A stretch of 64,000 nucleotides of DNA from Candidatus Fraserbacteria bacterium (GCA_947085185.1 CAMTVK010000017.1:68951-132950); one strand, 5' to 3'; counted from the first letter of the stretch, positions 21,230-32,716 are shown. Numbers and translations: made by a program. The notes: generated by a model from the sequence alone, not told the origin.

Positions 21230-21607
21230 TCAGCTTTTGAGGATCGCATGCAGGATCACACTCACAATGCTGATGAGCAGCGCGCCTAGTAGTGCCCAGC
21301 CGAAACTCTCTATCACGAACGCTGGGACAAGTATCGTAGTCAGCCAGAGTATCCCCGCGTTGATCACGATCAAGAAGAGCCCAAGGGTGACGAGCGTCGC
21401 GGGCAGCGTCAAAAATATAATAATCGGGCGCACCAGGGCATTGAGCAACCCCAATACCAACCCAACGAGAACCACCGTGCTCAGATAGTCTGCCCCTTCG
21501 ATGCGAATATGGGGCTGGAGCAACCAAGTTGTGACAGCGACAGCGGCTGTCGCGACGACCCAGCGTATGATAAACCGAAGGATGATGCCGTCGGACACAG
21601 TGATCAC
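21230..21607 (-). CDS. YvlD / 4-TM phage-holin-family membrane protein
   Basis: LNALVRPII..LTLP...TLGLFLIVINA, FGWALLGAL. Confidence 0.85.
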   Translation of the reverse strand: MITVSDGIILRFIIRWVVATAAVAVTTWLLQPHIRIEGADYLSTVVLVGLVLGLLNALVRPIIIFLTLPATLVTLGLFLIVINAGILWLTTILVPAFVIESFGWALLGALLISIVSVILHAILKS

Positions 21608-21708
21608 CGTAAGAGTATCTTACCAAAAGAGAACAGACGGTGCACAGATCTTGGCTTTCGCGTCGCCAGTGGGTAGAATAACATTCAAGATTACGCGAGG
21701 AGGTTTTG

Positions 21709-23223
21709 ATGGAAATTTCAATGGCCAGGAGCATAGAAGTCTTCAACCCTGCTACGGGGCAGAAGATCGCCGATGTGCCGATCACTCTGCCAGAAGAGGT
21801 AGGTGCTGCCGTCCTGCGGGCACGCCAAGCGTTTCAAGCATGGCGCATGCTCTCGGTGGCGCAGCGGGCACGCTATCTGTATGCCGCTCGCGACTGGATC
21901 GTTGATCACCAAGGCGAAATTATAGATATCATCTGCGCTGAGACGGGCAAACCCCGCACCGAAGCGCTCGTCGCTGAGGTCTTCTATTGCTGTGACCTCT
22001 TGGGATTTTATGCGAAGAACTCTGAGCGCTATCTCAGGGATGAGCTTCGCAGCACGCATTTATTAAAAACTAAACGCGTCTATGTGCTCTATCAGCCGTT
22101 AGGCGTCGTGGGGGTAATCTCGCCCTGGAATTATCCGTTCACGCTGGCGATGGGCGATGTTGTGCCCGCGCTCATGGCCGGCAATGCCGTGATTTTGAAA
22201 CCGTCAGAGTATACGCCGATGACGGGGCTCTTGGTCGAGCGCATCTTCCGTGAAGTAGGACTCCCTCAAGGGGTGCTGCAGACCCTCTGCGGCTACGGCG
22301 ACACCGGTGCGGCTTTGGTAGATCATTGCGACGGAATCGCGTTTACAGGGTCAGTTGCGACCGGCAAGCAAGTCGCCGAACGCGCCGCCAAGCGGCTCAT
22401 TCCTGTGCTCTTGGAGTTGGGCGGCAAAGATCCCATGATCGTCTTAAGAGACGCTGATCTAGAACGCGCGGCAAACGCGTGCGTCTGGGGCGCGCTGAGC
22501 AATGCCGGCCAGACGTGTATGTCCGTAGAACGCGTCTACGTCGAAGCCCCAGTCTACGACGAGTTCGTGAAGAAAGTCGTGGAGAAGGTGAAGAACTTGC
22601 GTCAGGGCAATGAAAGACGCTTCGGCGAAGTTGACATCGGACCGTTGACGATTCTGGAGCAACTGGAGACCGTCGAGCGCCATGTGCGCGATGCTGTCGA
22701 GAAGGGCGCGAAGATCCTCGTCGGCGGGACGCGCAAAGACGGGCTTTTCTTTGAGCCCACGGTCTTGGTGAACGTGGATCACTCCATGCAGATCATGCGG
22801 GAAGAGACGTTTGGGCCGGTGATCCCTATTATGAAGGTCAACTCCGTCGAAGAAGCCCTGCAGTTGGCGAACGATTCGATCTATGGGCTGTCGGCGAGCG
22901 TGTTCACGAGAGATAAAGCGCTGGGGATGCATCTTGCTCGTCGTATTGAAGCGGGCAACGTCTGCGTGAATGATTGTATCACAAACTTTGCGATTCTTGA
23001 GGCGCCCTATGGAGGGGCCAAGCAGAGCGGGCTTGGGCGGCGCCACGGCGAGTGGGGTCTGAGACAGTTTACTTGGCCTCAGACGGTCGTCGTCGATAGA
23101 TTTGGTCTCAAGCGCGAGCTCTTTTGGTATCCGTACAGTGAAAGAGTGGCGCGCTGGATCTCGCGAGCGATCCGAGTGCTCTACCGTCGAGGCTGGCGCG
23201 AAAAATTCTCTGCGGGGAGGTAA
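21709..23223 (+). CDS. NAD(P)-dependent aldehyde dehydrogenase
   Basis: PWNYP, FTGS, LELGGKDP, GQTC, EETFGP. Confidence 0.95.
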   Translation: MEISMARSIEVFNPATGQKIADVPITLPEEVGAAVLRARQAFQAWRMLSVAQRARYLYAARDWIVDHQGEIIDIICAETGKPRTEALVAEVFYCCDLLGFYAKNSERYLRDELRSTHLLKTKRVYVLYQPLGVVGVISPWNYPFTLAMGDVVPALMAGNAVILKPSEYTPMTGLLVERIFREVGLPQGVLQTLCGYGDTGAALVDHCDGIAFTGSVATGKQVAERAAKRLIPVLLELGGKDPMIVLRDADLERAANACVWGALSNAGQTCMSVERVYVEAPVYDEFVKKVVEKVKNLRQGNERRFGEVDIGPLTILEQLETVERHVRDAVEKGAKILVGGTRKDGLFFEPTVLVNVDHSMQIMREETFGPVIPIMKVNSVEEALQLANDSIYGLSASVFTRDKALGMHLARRIEAGNVCVNDCITNFAILEAPYGGAKQSGLGRRHGEWGLRQFTWPQTVVVDRFGLKRELFWYPYSERVARWISRAIRVLYRRGWREKFSAGR

Positions 23224-23225
23224 CG

Positions 23226-24392
23226 GTGTCCCAAGTTCTTTCTCGTCGGCGCTGGATACTCGTTGGCGCTTCTGCGGTGATTGCTGTTCTGATGGCGATC
23301 TTGGTGGTGATGGTCTCTCCCCAGGACGTGACGGTGTGTGCGTCGGGGTGCTCGTTCTCGCAGATCCAGTCGGCCCTGGATGCCGTGCGTGCCGGCAGCA
23401 CCTTGCACATTCAACCCGGAACGTATAGAGAGAATCTTCAGATTGCGAAGCGGGTGCAGCTCATCGGCTCAGAAGGAGCTGTGCTCGAAGGCCAGATCAC
23501 TATTGCTCAAGCCAAGAACGTCTCGATCACGGCTTTGACAGTGCGTGGGGCTGTGCAGATCGAAGAGAGTCGCAACGTCGTGATCACCAAGAGCACGATC
23601 TCGGAAAGCCCAGACGTCGGAGTTTCTGTAATCTCAAGTAGAGATATCTCTCTTATTGAGAACGCGATCGTGGGGAACGCCGGCGACGGCGTGAGAGTCC
23701 AAGGGGCTACTGTGCGGCTCTCACGGAACATGATTGGGGGCAACAAGGGCTACGGGATTGCTGCCGACGGCGCCTCTCAGCTCTCGGGGGATGGGAACCG
23801 CAATGGCTATCGGGTCCCTGGAGATTTTCAGACGATCCAAGAAGCAATTGACGCTTGGGCCGCAGGGATGGGCATCAACGGCCTAGGCGACGTCAACGAA
23901 AACGTCCCCAAAGAATTGCTCACGGGCGACGGGGTTATCTTCGTCGCACCGGGGATATACAAAGAGCGATTAACAATTCGCGATAAGAATATACGCATTC
24001 GCGGGGCCGACCGCGATAGTGTCATAGTAGACGGCACGGGCTTAGGAGACGTGGACGGCATCACGCTTCGCGGCACGACAAAAGCTTTTATTGAGAATAT
24101 GACGGTGCGGAACTTCCGCGACGACGGCATAGACGCCGAGGGCCAGATCGAGCTGACGCTGCGCAATATGATCTTAGAGGGCAACGGCAGCACCGGCATA
24201 GAGGTCGCCCACACCGACGTCAAAGTGTGGCTCACCAAGAGCATAATCAGGAACAATCGCACCTATGGGCTCTGGGCCCTGAGCGCTCAAAATATCGTCG
24301 AATGTCGCAGCACAACCGTGACGGGAAACACAAACGATTACGGGGGATTGGGGGGGTCGGCTGCAGTCGAGCTAGCTCAGAAGTGCCAATAG
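23226..24392 (+). CDS. Membrane-anchored right-handed beta-helix protein, two modules
   Basis: Two IQxAxD...PGxYxE caps followed by GI/N-ladder repeats. Confidence 0.8.
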   Translation: MSQVLSRRRWILVGASAVIAVLMAILVVMVSPQDVTVCASGCSFSQIQSALDAVRAGSTLHIQPGTYRENLQIAKRVQLIGSEGAVLEGQITIAQAKNVSITALTVRGAVQIEESRNVVITKSTISESPDVGVSVISSRDISLIENAIVGNAGDGVRVQGATVRLSRNMIGGNKGYGIAADGASQLSGDGNRNGYRVPGDFQTIQEAIDAWAAGMGINGLGDVNENVPKELLTGDGVIFVAPGIYKERLTIRDKNIRIRGADRDSVIVDGTGLGDVDGITLRGTTKAFIENMTVRNFRDDGIDAEGQIELTLRNMILEGNGSTGIEVAHTDVKVWLTKSIIRNNRTYGLWALSAQNIVECRSTTVTGNTNDYGGLGGSAAVELAQKCQ

Positions 24393-24408
24393 CGATATAA
24401 TCACTCGT

Positions 24409-25074
24409 ATGTTTGAGAAGCTGTGGAGTCGTATGCGGCGGCGCATGGCGCTCTATAAGCCCAAGCGCTTTCGCGATCACTACGAATATGCGGCGTTCTT
24501 TGACGCTCGGAATATTGTCTTAGTCGGCGACGACATGGCGGTCTTAGAGTACCCCAACGAAGAAGTCCAGCAGAAGATCTTTCGTCATGCAACAGAGAAA
24601 TTCGATCTCGCAGACAGAACGATCTTGGACGTCGGGTGTGGGCTGGGGTATCTCAAAAAATATTTAGACGCGCAGGGCGTGCGCTATCGCTCGTACTGGG
24701 GAGTAGATCTGAGCGAGAAGATGGTCGCTGGGGCGCGCCAGCGCTTTGGCCCCTATTTTGAGAGGCGCGACGTGCTCGCTCAGCCCTTCTCAGAGAGCGA
24801 GTTCGATGTGGTCTTCTTGCTCAGTGTCTTAGGCTATCCCATCGGTGATGACCCCTTCGGGTATATGAGCGCATTATTACGAGAGCTCTTTCGGATCGCG
24901 CGCGAGGGGTTGGTCTTCACGCACTTAGCGCCGGGGCGGCGTCACGAGAGCTCAGACTTCACGGTCGCCCCAGAAGATATGGCCGAGTGGTGTCGCAGGA
25001 ATCTCACTCCTCATGTGATCGTTGACGACACCTTAGAGCTAGTCACGTATGTGGTCGCGGTACGCAAAGGGTGA
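24409..25074 (+). CDS. Class I SAM-dependent methyltransferase
   Basis: [21 protein letters not shown]. Confidence 0.88.
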   Translation: MFEKLWSRMRRRMALYKPKRFRDHYEYAAFFDARNIVLVGDDMAVLEYPNEEVQQKIFRHATEKFDLADRTILDVGCGLGYLKKYLDAQGVRYRSYWGVDLSEKMVAGARQRFGPYFERRDVLAQPFSESEFDVVFLLSVLGYPIGDDPFGYMSALLRELFRIAREGLVFTHLAPGRRHESSDFTVAPEDMAEWCRRNLTPHVIVDDTLELVTYVVAVRKG

Positions 25075-25076
25075 AT

Positions 25077-25113
25077 CACGGAAGGCACGGAATGATGTAC
25101 GGAAAGCACGGAA
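25077..25113 (+). repeat. Imperfect tandem (C/T)ACGGAA repeats, about 9-nt period
   Basis: Copies at 25077, 25086, 25098, 25107. Confidence 0.75.
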
Positions 25114-25140
25114 AAAGACTAAGAGACGAAGGAGCGAGCT

Positions 25141-26901
25141 ATGGAGCGCACAGCAGAATGCGGCAGGCTGAGCACAAGAGATGTCGGCAAGACAGTGTCG
25201 TTGATGGGGTGGGTCCATCGGCGCCGTGACCTTGGGGGCTTGATCTTTATTGATCTGCGTGATCGTTCCGGAGTGGTGCAGTTGCTTTTCAACCCAGAGC
25301 AGCGCGCCTATGCTCAGGCTCGGGAGCTCAATCGAGAAGATGTGATCTACGTTCATGGCACGGTCACGGCGCGTCCGCCTGAGACTATCAATCCGAAGTT
25401 GCCCACGGGAGAGGTCGAAGTCCGGGTTGAAGACGTAAAAGTTCTCAATCACTCTAAAACCCCGCCCTTTGCTATTGATGTCGTGGACGCCGCACAGGAG
25501 GCCCAAGAACTGGTGCGACTCGAATATCGCTATTTAGATCTTAGGCGCCCAGAGCTGCAGAAGAACTTTGCCCTGCGCCATCGAGTTTTTCTAGATATCC
25601 GAAATTTCTTGAGCGAGCGCGGCTTTTATGAGATCGAGACGCCCATGCTCACCAAGTCTACCCCAGAAGGAGCGCGCGATTATCTTGTGCCAAGCCGCAC
25701 GTTTCCGGGAAAATTCTTTGCGCTCCCACAGTCGCCCCAGCTCTTTAAACAACTCTTGATGGTCGCCGGCTTTGAGAAGTACTTTCAGATCGCCCGGTGC
25801 TTTCGTGACGAGGACCTGCGGGCCGATCGCCAGCCCGAATTCACCCAGCTCGATTTAGAGATGAGCTTCGTCTTCGACGAGCGCCCCATTGTCGAGCTCA
25901 TCGAAGAGCTCATATGCTTTCTGTTTGAGAGGCATCTGGGGGTGCATCTGGAGCGCCCCTTCCCCAAGTTGAGCTATGCTGAAGCCATGGAGCGCTACGG
26001 CTCAGACAAGCCCGACTTGCGCTTCGGCTTAGAGCTGGTTGATCTCTCTCAAACCCTGGGGAGTTCAGAATTTCGCATCTTCTCCGAGACCCTCAAAAAC
26101 GGGGGAGTCATCAAGGGGCTCTCTCTGAGTGGTGGAGCCAAGTACTCGCGCAGTGCCCTTGCCGAGCTTGAAAGACAGGCGCAGGCCCTGGGGGCCAAGG
26201 GGGTGCTGTGGGCCAAGTTCACCGATCAGGGGATAGAGTCGCCCATCGCCAAGTTTCTCACTAGACAGATCGTCGCGCAGCTGCAGCAGACCACGGGCGC
26301 TCGCGCAGGCGATCTGGTGTTGATGATCGCTGGGGAGCGCCGCGCGACGAACACGGTGTTGGGCGCTGTGCGCTTGGAGCTGGCACGCCGGGAAGGGCTC
26401 ATCCCGAAAGAGCAGAGAAAATTCTGTTGGATCTTGGATTTTCCGCTCTTCCAGTGGGACGAGCAAGAGCAAAGACTGGTGAGCGAGCACCATCCGTTTA
26501 CGTCGCCCAAGAGCACCGACATTGAGCTTTTAGATCGAGAGCCCCTCAAGGTGCGCGCCAACGCCTATGATTTTGTGCTCAACGGTGTGGAGCTGGGCGG
26601 GGGCAGCATTCGTATTCACCATCGTGAGCTGCAGCAGAAGATCTTCGATCTGTTAGGGTTGACCAAAGAAGAGACCGAAGCGAAGTTTGGGTTCTTCTTG
26701 CGGGCATTAGAGTATGGAGCGCCGCCCCACGGTGGGATTGCCCTGGGGTTAGACCGGTTGATTATGTTGATGGCTGGGGCGGATTCTATCCGTGATGTCA
26801 TCACTTTCCCTAAGACGAGCACGGCCTATTGTCCATTGACCGGAGCTCCGGTAGAAGTGAGCGAAAAACAGCTGCGCGAGCTAGGAATCAGGGTAGCTTA
26901 A
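25141..26901 (+). CDS. aspS: Aspartyl-tRNA synthetase (bacterial type)
   Basis: [41 protein letters not shown]. Confidence 0.97.
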   Translation: MERTAECGRLSTRDVGKTVSLMGWVHRRRDLGGLIFIDLRDRSGVVQLLFNPEQRAYAQARELNREDVIYVHGTVTARPPETINPKLPTGEVEVRVEDVKVLNHSKTPPFAIDVVDAAQEAQELVRLEYRYLDLRRPELQKNFALRHRVFLDIRNFLSERGFYEIETPMLTKSTPEGARDYLVPSRTFPGKFFALPQSPQLFKQLLMVAGFEKYFQIARCFRDEDLRADRQPEFTQLDLEMSFVFDERPIVELIEELICFLFERHLGVHLERPFPKLSYAEAMERYGSDKPDLRFGLELVDLSQTLGSSEFRIFSETLKNGGVIKGLSLSGGAKYSRSALAELERQAQALGAKGVLWAKFTDQGIESPIAKFLTRQIVAQLQQTTGARAGDLVLMIAGERRATNTVLGAVRLELARREGLIPKEQRKFCWILDFPLFQWDEQEQRLVSEHHPFTSPKSTDIELLDREPLKVRANAYDFVLNGVELGGGSIRIHHRELQQKIFDLLGLTKEETEAKFGFFLRALEYGAPPHGGIALGLDRLIMLMAGADSIRDVITFPKTSTAYCPLTGAPVEVSEKQLRELGIRVA

Positions 26902-26903
26902 GC

Positions 26904-27797
26904 ATGTGCACCCGGTGGCGTTCTGTGATCCCTGTTGTCGTTGTGCTCTCGCTGGTGCTTTTAGCTGCGGGGATTTCGCGCGTCTCGTTTGTCGGGACGC
27001 GCTACGGCCCGCAGGAGGAATCTGGAGAGGAACCCACCGGTGCTGTGCAGGTTCCTCAAGGCGCCGCGCACACTCTCTCGCCGGTATGGGAGCAGATCTT
27101 GAGTGGCGCTCTTGGGGTGTTGCTGGTGCTCTCGGTTCTTGCTGCTATCCTGCGGCCAAGGAGCCTGTGGGAAGCGCTCAAGCGCGCTCTTCCTGCGGCC
27201 TTATGGTTTGTCGCGATCTTGCTGATCCTCTTGCGCTGGCGCAACCGGCCCTTCTTGAGAGAGCCAGAGGGCGCTCCTGCCGGCATGGGAGGAGCTTCTC
27301 CCCCAGGGCCCGATCAACCCTTCCCAACTTTAGAGCAGGTGCATGTTCCCTCATGGGCTCCGTTTCTCTTTGTGCTGATGACACTGCTTGCGATCGCTGT
27401 GTTCAGTTGGCTTGTCTGGCGCTTGTGGGTGCGACGAGCCCAGCCCAGCACCGTCGAAGAGTTCGCGGACCTCTCGCGACGCTACGCCCAAAGGCTTCGT
27501 TCTGGGGAGGGAGTGCAAGAGACGATCTTGCGATGTTATCGAGAGATGTGTCGGCTTCTGAGCGCGCGATTCCATCTTGAGATCTCAGACGCGATGACCG
27601 CGCGCGAATTTGAAGAGCGCTTGGCCCAGATCGGGGTTCTTGAGGAGCATATCAGTCGGCTGTCGCGGCTCTTTGAGTGGGCGCGCTACAGCTCTGGACA
27701 GCCCACCCCACAGCAAGAGCGCGAAGCCCTCACCCTGTTAGACGATATTGCGCAAAAGTACAGAAGCAGTTCCGATGAGGTGCTCCATCCCGCATGA
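26904..27797 (+). CDS. DUF4129-type membrane protein
   Basis: TM segments then ILRCY..M...AMTAREF..LSRLFEWARYS; MoxR operon context. Confidence 0.75.
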   Translation: MCTRWRSVIPVVVVLSLVLLAAGISRVSFVGTRYGPQEESGEEPTGAVQVPQGAAHTLSPVWEQILSGALGVLLVLSVLAAILRPRSLWEALKRALPAALWFVAILLILLRWRNRPFLREPEGAPAGMGGASPPGPDQPFPTLEQVHVPSWAPFLFVLMTLLAIAVFSWLVWRLWVRRAQPSTVEEFADLSRRYAQRLRSGEGVQETILRCYREMCRLLSARFHLEISDAMTAREFEERLAQIGVLEEHISRLSRLFEWARYSSGQPTPQQEREALTLLDDIAQKYRSSSDEVLHPA

Positions 27798-28435
27798 GCA
27801 AGAAGCGTTGGCTTGGGGTTGGCGTGGGATTCTGTGCTCTTGCTCTTATGGTGACGCTCTTTTATGGCGAGGTCCTGCGTGAGCACGTCCTGCGCCATAT
27901 GCTCTACGAGCTGTGGCTGTGGGAGCTGCGCCTGGAGAGCCTGCCGTTTGGTCTGGTCTGGATGGTCTTTGTGGTCGCGGGCAGTTTGGGCGTATATCTG
28001 GTCATTTTAGATGTGCTGATGCGAGGACGCCGGAGTGCGGCTGTCCCAGAAAGGTCCGAGCGGCTGGGCGCTGTACAGACGCTGGCGCGCAAGATCGAGT
28101 TGGCCTATCAAGGGGAGCTGGCGCGATGGAACGTCCATCGTGCTGTGGGCGACATCGCGATCCAATGGATTGCGCTGCACGAAGGGATCAGAGAGAACGA
28201 GGCACGACGCCGTCTGGGAGAACTCTTTCCTGAGCTGTATGACGCGCTCGATCTAGAGTTTCCCCGATCGGCGGCTCGGCAGGGCTGGCTCTGGCTGAAC
28301 CCCCTCAGCTGTGGCCAGAGAACACGCCGTTTTCAAGAGATCTCGTGGCTCATAGATATTTTAGAACGATCTCTTAGGGAGACCTATGAACGCACTGGCG
28401 ACCATCGCGGGGAACGCTCAGAGAGTGCTCAATGA
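27794..28435 (+). CDS. Hypothetical membrane protein of MoxR operon
   Basis: Two TM segments; ATGA coupling. Confidence 0.65.
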   Translation: MSKKRWLGVGVGFCALALMVTLFYGEVLREHVLRHMLYELWLWELRLESLPFGLVWMVFVVAGSLGVYLVILDVLMRGRRSAAVPERSERLGAVQTLARKIELAYQGELARWNVHRAVGDIAIQWIALHEGIRENEARRRLGELFPELYDALDLEFPRSAARQGWLWLNPLSCGQRTRRFQEISWLIDILERSLRETYERTGDHRGERSESAQ

Positions 28436-29336
28436 AGTCGAAAGAGCTGTCATCGGCAAGCGCGCCGTCTTAGAGCAAGTCTTGATGGCTGTGCTCGCGG
28501 GCGGCCATATACTCTTTGAAGACCTGCCGGGCTTGGCTAAGACTTTAACAGCTCGGAGCTTCGCGACCGCGCTGGGATTAGAGTTTAAGCGTATTCAGTT
28601 TACGCCCGATCTTTTGCCTGCAGACATCACGGGGACGTATATCTATGAGCGTCATAGCGGGCGATTTGAGCTGCGCCCCGGGCCGATCTTCGCTCAACTG
28701 ATCTTAGCCGATGAGATCAATCGCGCTTCTCCTAAGACCCAAGCGGCCCTTCTCGAAGCGATGCAAGAGTTTCACGTGACGCTCGAGGGGCAGACGCTGC
28801 CTCTTCCCCAGCCGTTCATCGTGATGGCCACGCAAAATCCCATTGAGTTTGAGGGGACGTTCCCTTTGCCGGAAGCGCAGCTCGATCGCTTTATGGTGCG
28901 GCTGTCGGTGGGGTATCCGTCGGCCGAGCAGGAGCAAGAGATCCTGCGGCGGCGTCGTGAGCGAGGTGCTGACGAACCGCAGCTTCAGAGAATTTTAGGT
29001 GCCGCAGAGTTGTTGGCGATGCGCCAAGCTCTAGAGACGATATTCGTGCACCCGGACATAGAGAGATATATCGTCGAGCTTGTCCAAGCGACGCGCGCCG
29101 ATGGGAGGGTGCTTGTTGGGGCGAGTCCGCGGGGGTCGCTGGCGCTGTTGAAGTTATCGCGAGCGCGGGCGGCGCTTGAAGGGCGCGACTATGTCATCCC
29201 CGATGACGTGAAATCTGTGGCTCACGCGGCGCTCGCTCATAGATTGATCTTGCAGCCTGAACTCTGGATGAAGAAGCTCTCGGAGCATGAGGTCATCTCT
29301 GATGTGCTGGAGCGCGTTCCCGTGCCGAAGGTGTGA
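28386..29336 (+). CDS. MoxR family AAA+ ATPase
   Basis: DLPGLAKT, RIQFTPDLLPADITG, DEINRA, ATQNPIE.EGTFPLPEAQLDRF. Confidence 0.95.
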   Translation: MNALATIAGNAQRVLNEVERAVIGKRAVLEQVLMAVLAGGHILFEDLPGLAKTLTARSFATALGLEFKRIQFTPDLLPADITGTYIYERHSGRFELRPGPIFAQLILADEINRASPKTQAALLEAMQEFHVTLEGQTLPLPQPFIVMATQNPIEFEGTFPLPEAQLDRFMVRLSVGYPSAEQEQEILRRRRERGADEPQLQRILGAAELLAMRQALETIFVHPDIERYIVELVQATRADGRVLVGASPRGSLALLKLSRARAALEGRDYVIPDDVKSVAHAALAHRLILQPELWMKKLSEHEVISDVLERVPVPKV

Positions 29337-29339
29337 TGA

Positions 29340-29368
29340 TTGTCAGCTTGTGAAGCTGAGACTATAAT
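29340..29368 (+). promoter_or_regulatory. TA promoter with embedded palindromic operator
   Basis: TTGTCA-17-TATAAT; inverted repeat TCAGCTT-gtg-AAGCTGA at 29343-29359. Confidence 0.7.
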
Positions 29369-29398
29369 AGAGCATGAGGCGCACGGAGGTGAAAAATC

Positions 29399-29629
29399 AT
29401 GAGATTTCAACGGATCACTGTAGACCCCAACCATATGGGGGGTGTTCCTTGTTTGCGAGGCCTCCGTATTCCTGTGGCAACTGTCGTGGCCATGGTAGCT
29501 GACGGAATGGGTGAAGCCGAGATCCTTCGCGCTTACCCAGATCTGGAACCAGAGGATATTCGTGAGGCGCTCCGCTATGCGGCTGAGGCTATGCAGGAGC
29601 GGGAGTTGCCGCTCGTCACAATCCCATGA
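29399..29629 (+). CDS. DUF433-family antitoxin
   Basis: [36 protein letters not shown]. Confidence 0.92.
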   Translation: MRFQRITVDPNHMGGVPCLRGLRIPVATVVAMVADGMGEAEILRAYPDLEPEDIREALRYAAEAMQERELPLVTIP

Positions 29630-30015
29630 GGTTTCTCGTGGACAATGCCCTCTCTCCCGCGGTAGCTGAGGGGTTGCGTCAGGCTGGACATGAAGCAATC
29701 CATGTGCGGGATTACGGACTTCAACGTGCTGCCGATGCAGTTATCTTTGATCTGGCCGCGCAAGAAGACCGCGTGCTGATCTCTGCCGATACCGACTTTG
29801 GTGCCCTTCTAGCTCTGCGCAGGGAGCTCAAACCCTCGGTTATTCTCTTGCGCCGGATCTCACAGCGTCGCCCTGAAGCTCAAGTGGCTTTGCTACAGGC
29901 AAATCTGCCGCGCATCGCCGAAGCGCTAGAACGAGGAAGCGTTGTCGTGTTAGAAGAGACTCGTGTGCGCATCCGCCCCCTGCCTATTGGGGGCGATAAG
30001 AACTCAGAACCATGA
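29626..30015 (+). CDS. DUF5615 PIN-like toxin
   Basis: [29 protein letters not shown]. Confidence 0.88.
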   Translation: MRFLVDNALSPAVAEGLRQAGHEAIHVRDYGLQRAADAVIFDLAAQEDRVLISADTDFGALLALRRELKPSVILLRRISQRRPEAQVALLQANLPRIAEALERGSVVVLEETRVRIRPLPIGGDKNSEP

Positions 30016-31307
30016 TGCTTGGACCGCGCCGGTGGGCCTTTTTAGGCAGCGCTGCATTTCTCTTGGTTCTCATTGGTGAGATCATGCGCCACGGGGAATT
30101 TTTAGTGGTAGCGCTGCCGTTGGTGTGCTATCTCGCCGTCGGATTTTATTATGCTCCCCCGCAAGGTCAGCTGAGAGTGCGGCGAAATCTCAGGGAGCAG
30201 CGCGCCTTGAGCTCTGCTCGTGTCGCCGTGCATGTGGAAGTCGCCAACGTCGGGGCTGGACTGGAGTTGGTCGAGCTTGCCGATGATGTCCCTTCTATTG
30301 TTTCGCTCTGCCAGCACAGCTCAAAGAAGATCGAGACTCTACCCTCAGGGAGTACAGTCTCTTTTGGATATTCCGTGACAGGGACGCGCGGCTTGGCTCG
30401 CTGGAGATCGCTCTCTGTCACCGTGACCGATACGTTGGGGCTCTTTCTGAAGAGCATTGAGGTTCCGTGCACAAGTGAGCTCCTGATAGTTCCCACGTTT
30501 GAGCGCCTCGACGAAATTCTGATTCGGCCGCGGCGAACACGGATATTCTCTGGCCAAGTGAGGGCACGCCTTGGGGGAACGGGCCTGGAGTTCTTCGGGG
30601 TGAGAGAGTATTACCCGGGGGATGAGCGCCGCTTTCTCAATTGGAAGGCGACGGCACGGAGAGATCGCCCCATCGTAAACGAGTTTGAGCAAGAGCGCGT
30701 CGCCGATGTGATCATTCTCTTAGACGCGCGCGAGCGCAGCGATGTGTTACGGGAGGGCTCGTCGCTCTTTGAGCACAGCGTGCGTGCCGCGCTCGCTCTG
30801 GCTCATTATTTCACGGCTCAGGGCAACAGGGTTGGGCTGCTCGTCTACGGAAGATACTTAGACTGGACCTGGCCGGGCTTTGGGCGGTGGCAGCGGGAGC
30901 GCTTGCTCCGAACTATCGCGGCAGCAGAGACCGGCGATAAAGCCGTCTTTGAAGATTTAGAGAATCTGCCGACACGGTTGTTGCCGCCGGGGTCGCAGCT
31001 TGTCTGTGTCGGCCCGATCTTAGAGTCGGACGTCAAGACGATTGTCGGTTTGCGCGTGCGATATGAAGTGCTCTGCATTGCGCCCAACCCCATTCTATGG
31101 GAGAGCGCGGCTTTAGCGCGCACGCCGGAAGTAGAGCTTGCGTTGCGTTTGGAGCATCTACGGCGGCGGGCGGTGCTGGCGCGGCTGCGTCGGGTGGGGA
31201 TTCGTGTGGTGGACTGGGACGTCACCAAGCCGTTGGCGGGGGTTATCGAGGGAGAGCTCGGGCGTGCGGCCTGGCGCGCGGCGCTCATCCGTCGATGGGC
31301 CAGATGA
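30012..31307 (+). CDS. DUF58 (vWA-like) protein
   Basis: [26 protein letters not shown]; MoxR partner. Confidence 0.9.
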   Translation: MMLGPRRWAFLGSAAFLLVLIGEIMRHGEFLVVALPLVCYLAVGFYYAPPQGQLRVRRNLREQRALSSARVAVHVEVANVGAGLELVELADDVPSIVSLCQHSSKKIETLPSGSTVSFGYSVTGTRGLARWRSLSVTVTDTLGLFLKSIEVPCTSELLIVPTFERLDEILIRPRRTRIFSGQVRARLGGTGLEFFGVREYYPGDERRFLNWKATARRDRPIVNEFEQERVADVIILLDARERSDVLREGSSLFEHSVRAALALAHYFTAQGNRVGLLVYGRYLDWTWPGFGRWQRERLLRTIAAAETGDKAVFEDLENLPTRLLPPGSQLVCVGPILESDVKTIVGLRVRYEVLCIAPNPILWESAALARTPEVELALRLEHLRRRAVLARLRRVGIRVVDWDVTKPLAGVIEGELGRAAWRAALIRRWAR

Positions 31308-31780
31308 AGAAGCTGCTGTGGGGGATCGCGCGGGCAGGATGGCTTTTGAGTTATGGGCTGCTGGCGATTGCGCTGCACCGGGCATGGCCGTGGGCGGTGC
31401 TCGCAGGGCTTTTGGGGATCTTCGCTCTCTTAGCGAGCTATGGGCGCTGGGGCTGGCCCGCTTCGATGAGTTTTCTTATGATGTTAGCCCTCGCAGGGGG
31501 CGCAGCAATGCTCAGGTCGTGGGAAGCGCTGCTGGGGGTGCTCTGCGGCCTTGTAGCTTGGGATGTAGAGCTTTTTGCGCGGCGGTTGGAGCCGTTCGAG
31601 ACTCTATCCCGTGCGATCGTCTCCGTGCATCTTAAGCGTCTTGGCTTGATTGTGCTCATCTCCGGGCTGTTGGGAGCTGTGGCTTTGAATATGGAGCTTT
31701 CGTTGAGTTTTGGGTGGGCGCTGTTTGTAGCAGTGAGTTTTCTGATCGGGTTTTTGTTGTTATTGCGTCAGGCGCTCTAA
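31304..31780 (+). CDS. Hypothetical multi-TM protein
   Basis: ATG 31304 overlaps DUF58 stop; hydrophobic. Confidence 0.65.
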   Translation: MKKLLWGIARAGWLLSYGLLAIALHRAWPWAVLAGLLGIFALLASYGRWGWPASMSFLMMLALAGGAAMLRSWEALLGVLCGLVAWDVELFARRLEPFETLSRAIVSVHLKRLGLIVLISGLLGAVALNMELSLSFGWALFVAVSFLIGFLLLLRQAL

Positions 31781-31845
31781 GCGAGGTCAGGGGGGCGGAG
31801 GAGGGGAAGGAGGGCAGGGCCCGCCCCCCTGTGGGTCTCTCGCTT
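31779..31845. terminator. GC-rich hairpin between convergent operons
   Basis: CAGGGGGGCGG (31788-98) pairs with CCGCCCCCCTG (31821-31); outer AAGCGAG/CTCGCTT arms; no clear U-tract. Confidence 0.55.
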
Positions 31846-31858
31846 GGGCTTAGGCTGG

Positions 31859-32716
31859 CTAGAGCTTGAGGAGGTCATCAATCTTTAAGTTCTTTAAATT
31901 ATTCGGGTCAAAGAGATTGTCCGGCAGGGGCTGAGCTGGCCGCTTGCGCGTCAAGAAACTGATCGTCGTTTGACTGTTGTCTAGGACGTTCTTGATTAAA
32001 ACTTTGTCGGGCACGGTGTCGTTCTCAAACTTCCCCAGCGCTAACGCTTCAAAGACGGTCTCGAGCTTGTTCGTCTTATTGTAGCTTTCTCCCTTCAGCA
32101 CGACGAACTCTGTCTTCTCCACCCAGAGCTTGCGCACCGGGTAGTCTTCGAGCTTCTCTTTCTCTTTCTTGACCCGCAGCGTCAGCACATACGTATTATA
32201 TTCTTGGTTGCCAACTTTGACTTTCTCTTCGGTCACTTTTTCATCAGCGAGATATCTTTCGCTGTACTTGAAGCCGCTCCCAAGATCTTCAAACGACAGA
32301 TTGCTTCCGGCGAAGCTCCCCTTGCGCTCTTGGGTGTTCACGAGCTGTTTGACGGCACCAAGGGCGGGTAGATAGAGCCAAAGATCGGCGTCTTTGCCTT
32401 GGGGCTTGATGCTCAAAAAGAGCGTGCCGCGCACATCGTCGGGCTTGACGAACGCGACGAGCAAGCGATCGGGCTCGTCCTTCTTGCGCCGCGAGAAGAA
32501 GCGAAACTCATTGGTGGCAGTCTTCTTATCCTTCCCAAGGATATCGAACTTGACGTCGCTGATGAGCTCCCCTTGGGTGCCGCCGATGCCGCCCTTCTCT
32601 TCGACCTTCTGTAAGATCTGCGGCCCGGTGAGCGGCTGTTGCGCGTGCAAAGACCATGCTCCCAAAAGGAGCGCTACCCCGAGGATGACCAACTCGAGCT
32701 TTGTGACAGCTTTCAT
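31859..32716 (-). CDS. Outer-membrane lipoprotein-sorting (LolA-like fold) protein
   Basis: Signal peptide; P.DVRGT.FL, LWLYLPAL..VK, SFAGSNLSFEDL; follows MMPL gene. Confidence 0.85.
   Translation of the reverse strand: MKAVTKLELVILGVALLLGAWSLHAQQPLTGPQILQKVEEKGGIGGTQGELISDVKFDILGKDKKTATNEFRFFSRRKKDEPDRLLVAFVKPDDVRGTLFLSIKPQGKDADLWLYLPALGAVKQLVNTQERKGSFAGSNLSFEDLGSGFKYSERYLADEKVTEEKVKVGNQEYNTYVLTLRVKKEKEKLEDYPVRKLWVEKTEFVVLKGESYNKTNKLETVFEALALGKFENDTVPDKVLIKNVLDNSQTTISFLTRKRPAQPLPDNLFDPNNLKNLKIDDLLKL

Noticed and set aside
21230..21607. Holin-family gene as evidence of a prophage
   Set aside because: YvlD-type proteins are common chromosomal genes; no phage genes nearby
31790..31820. G-quadruplex candidate
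   Set aside because: The main G-run is better explained by the 11-bp hairpin with the downstream C-run
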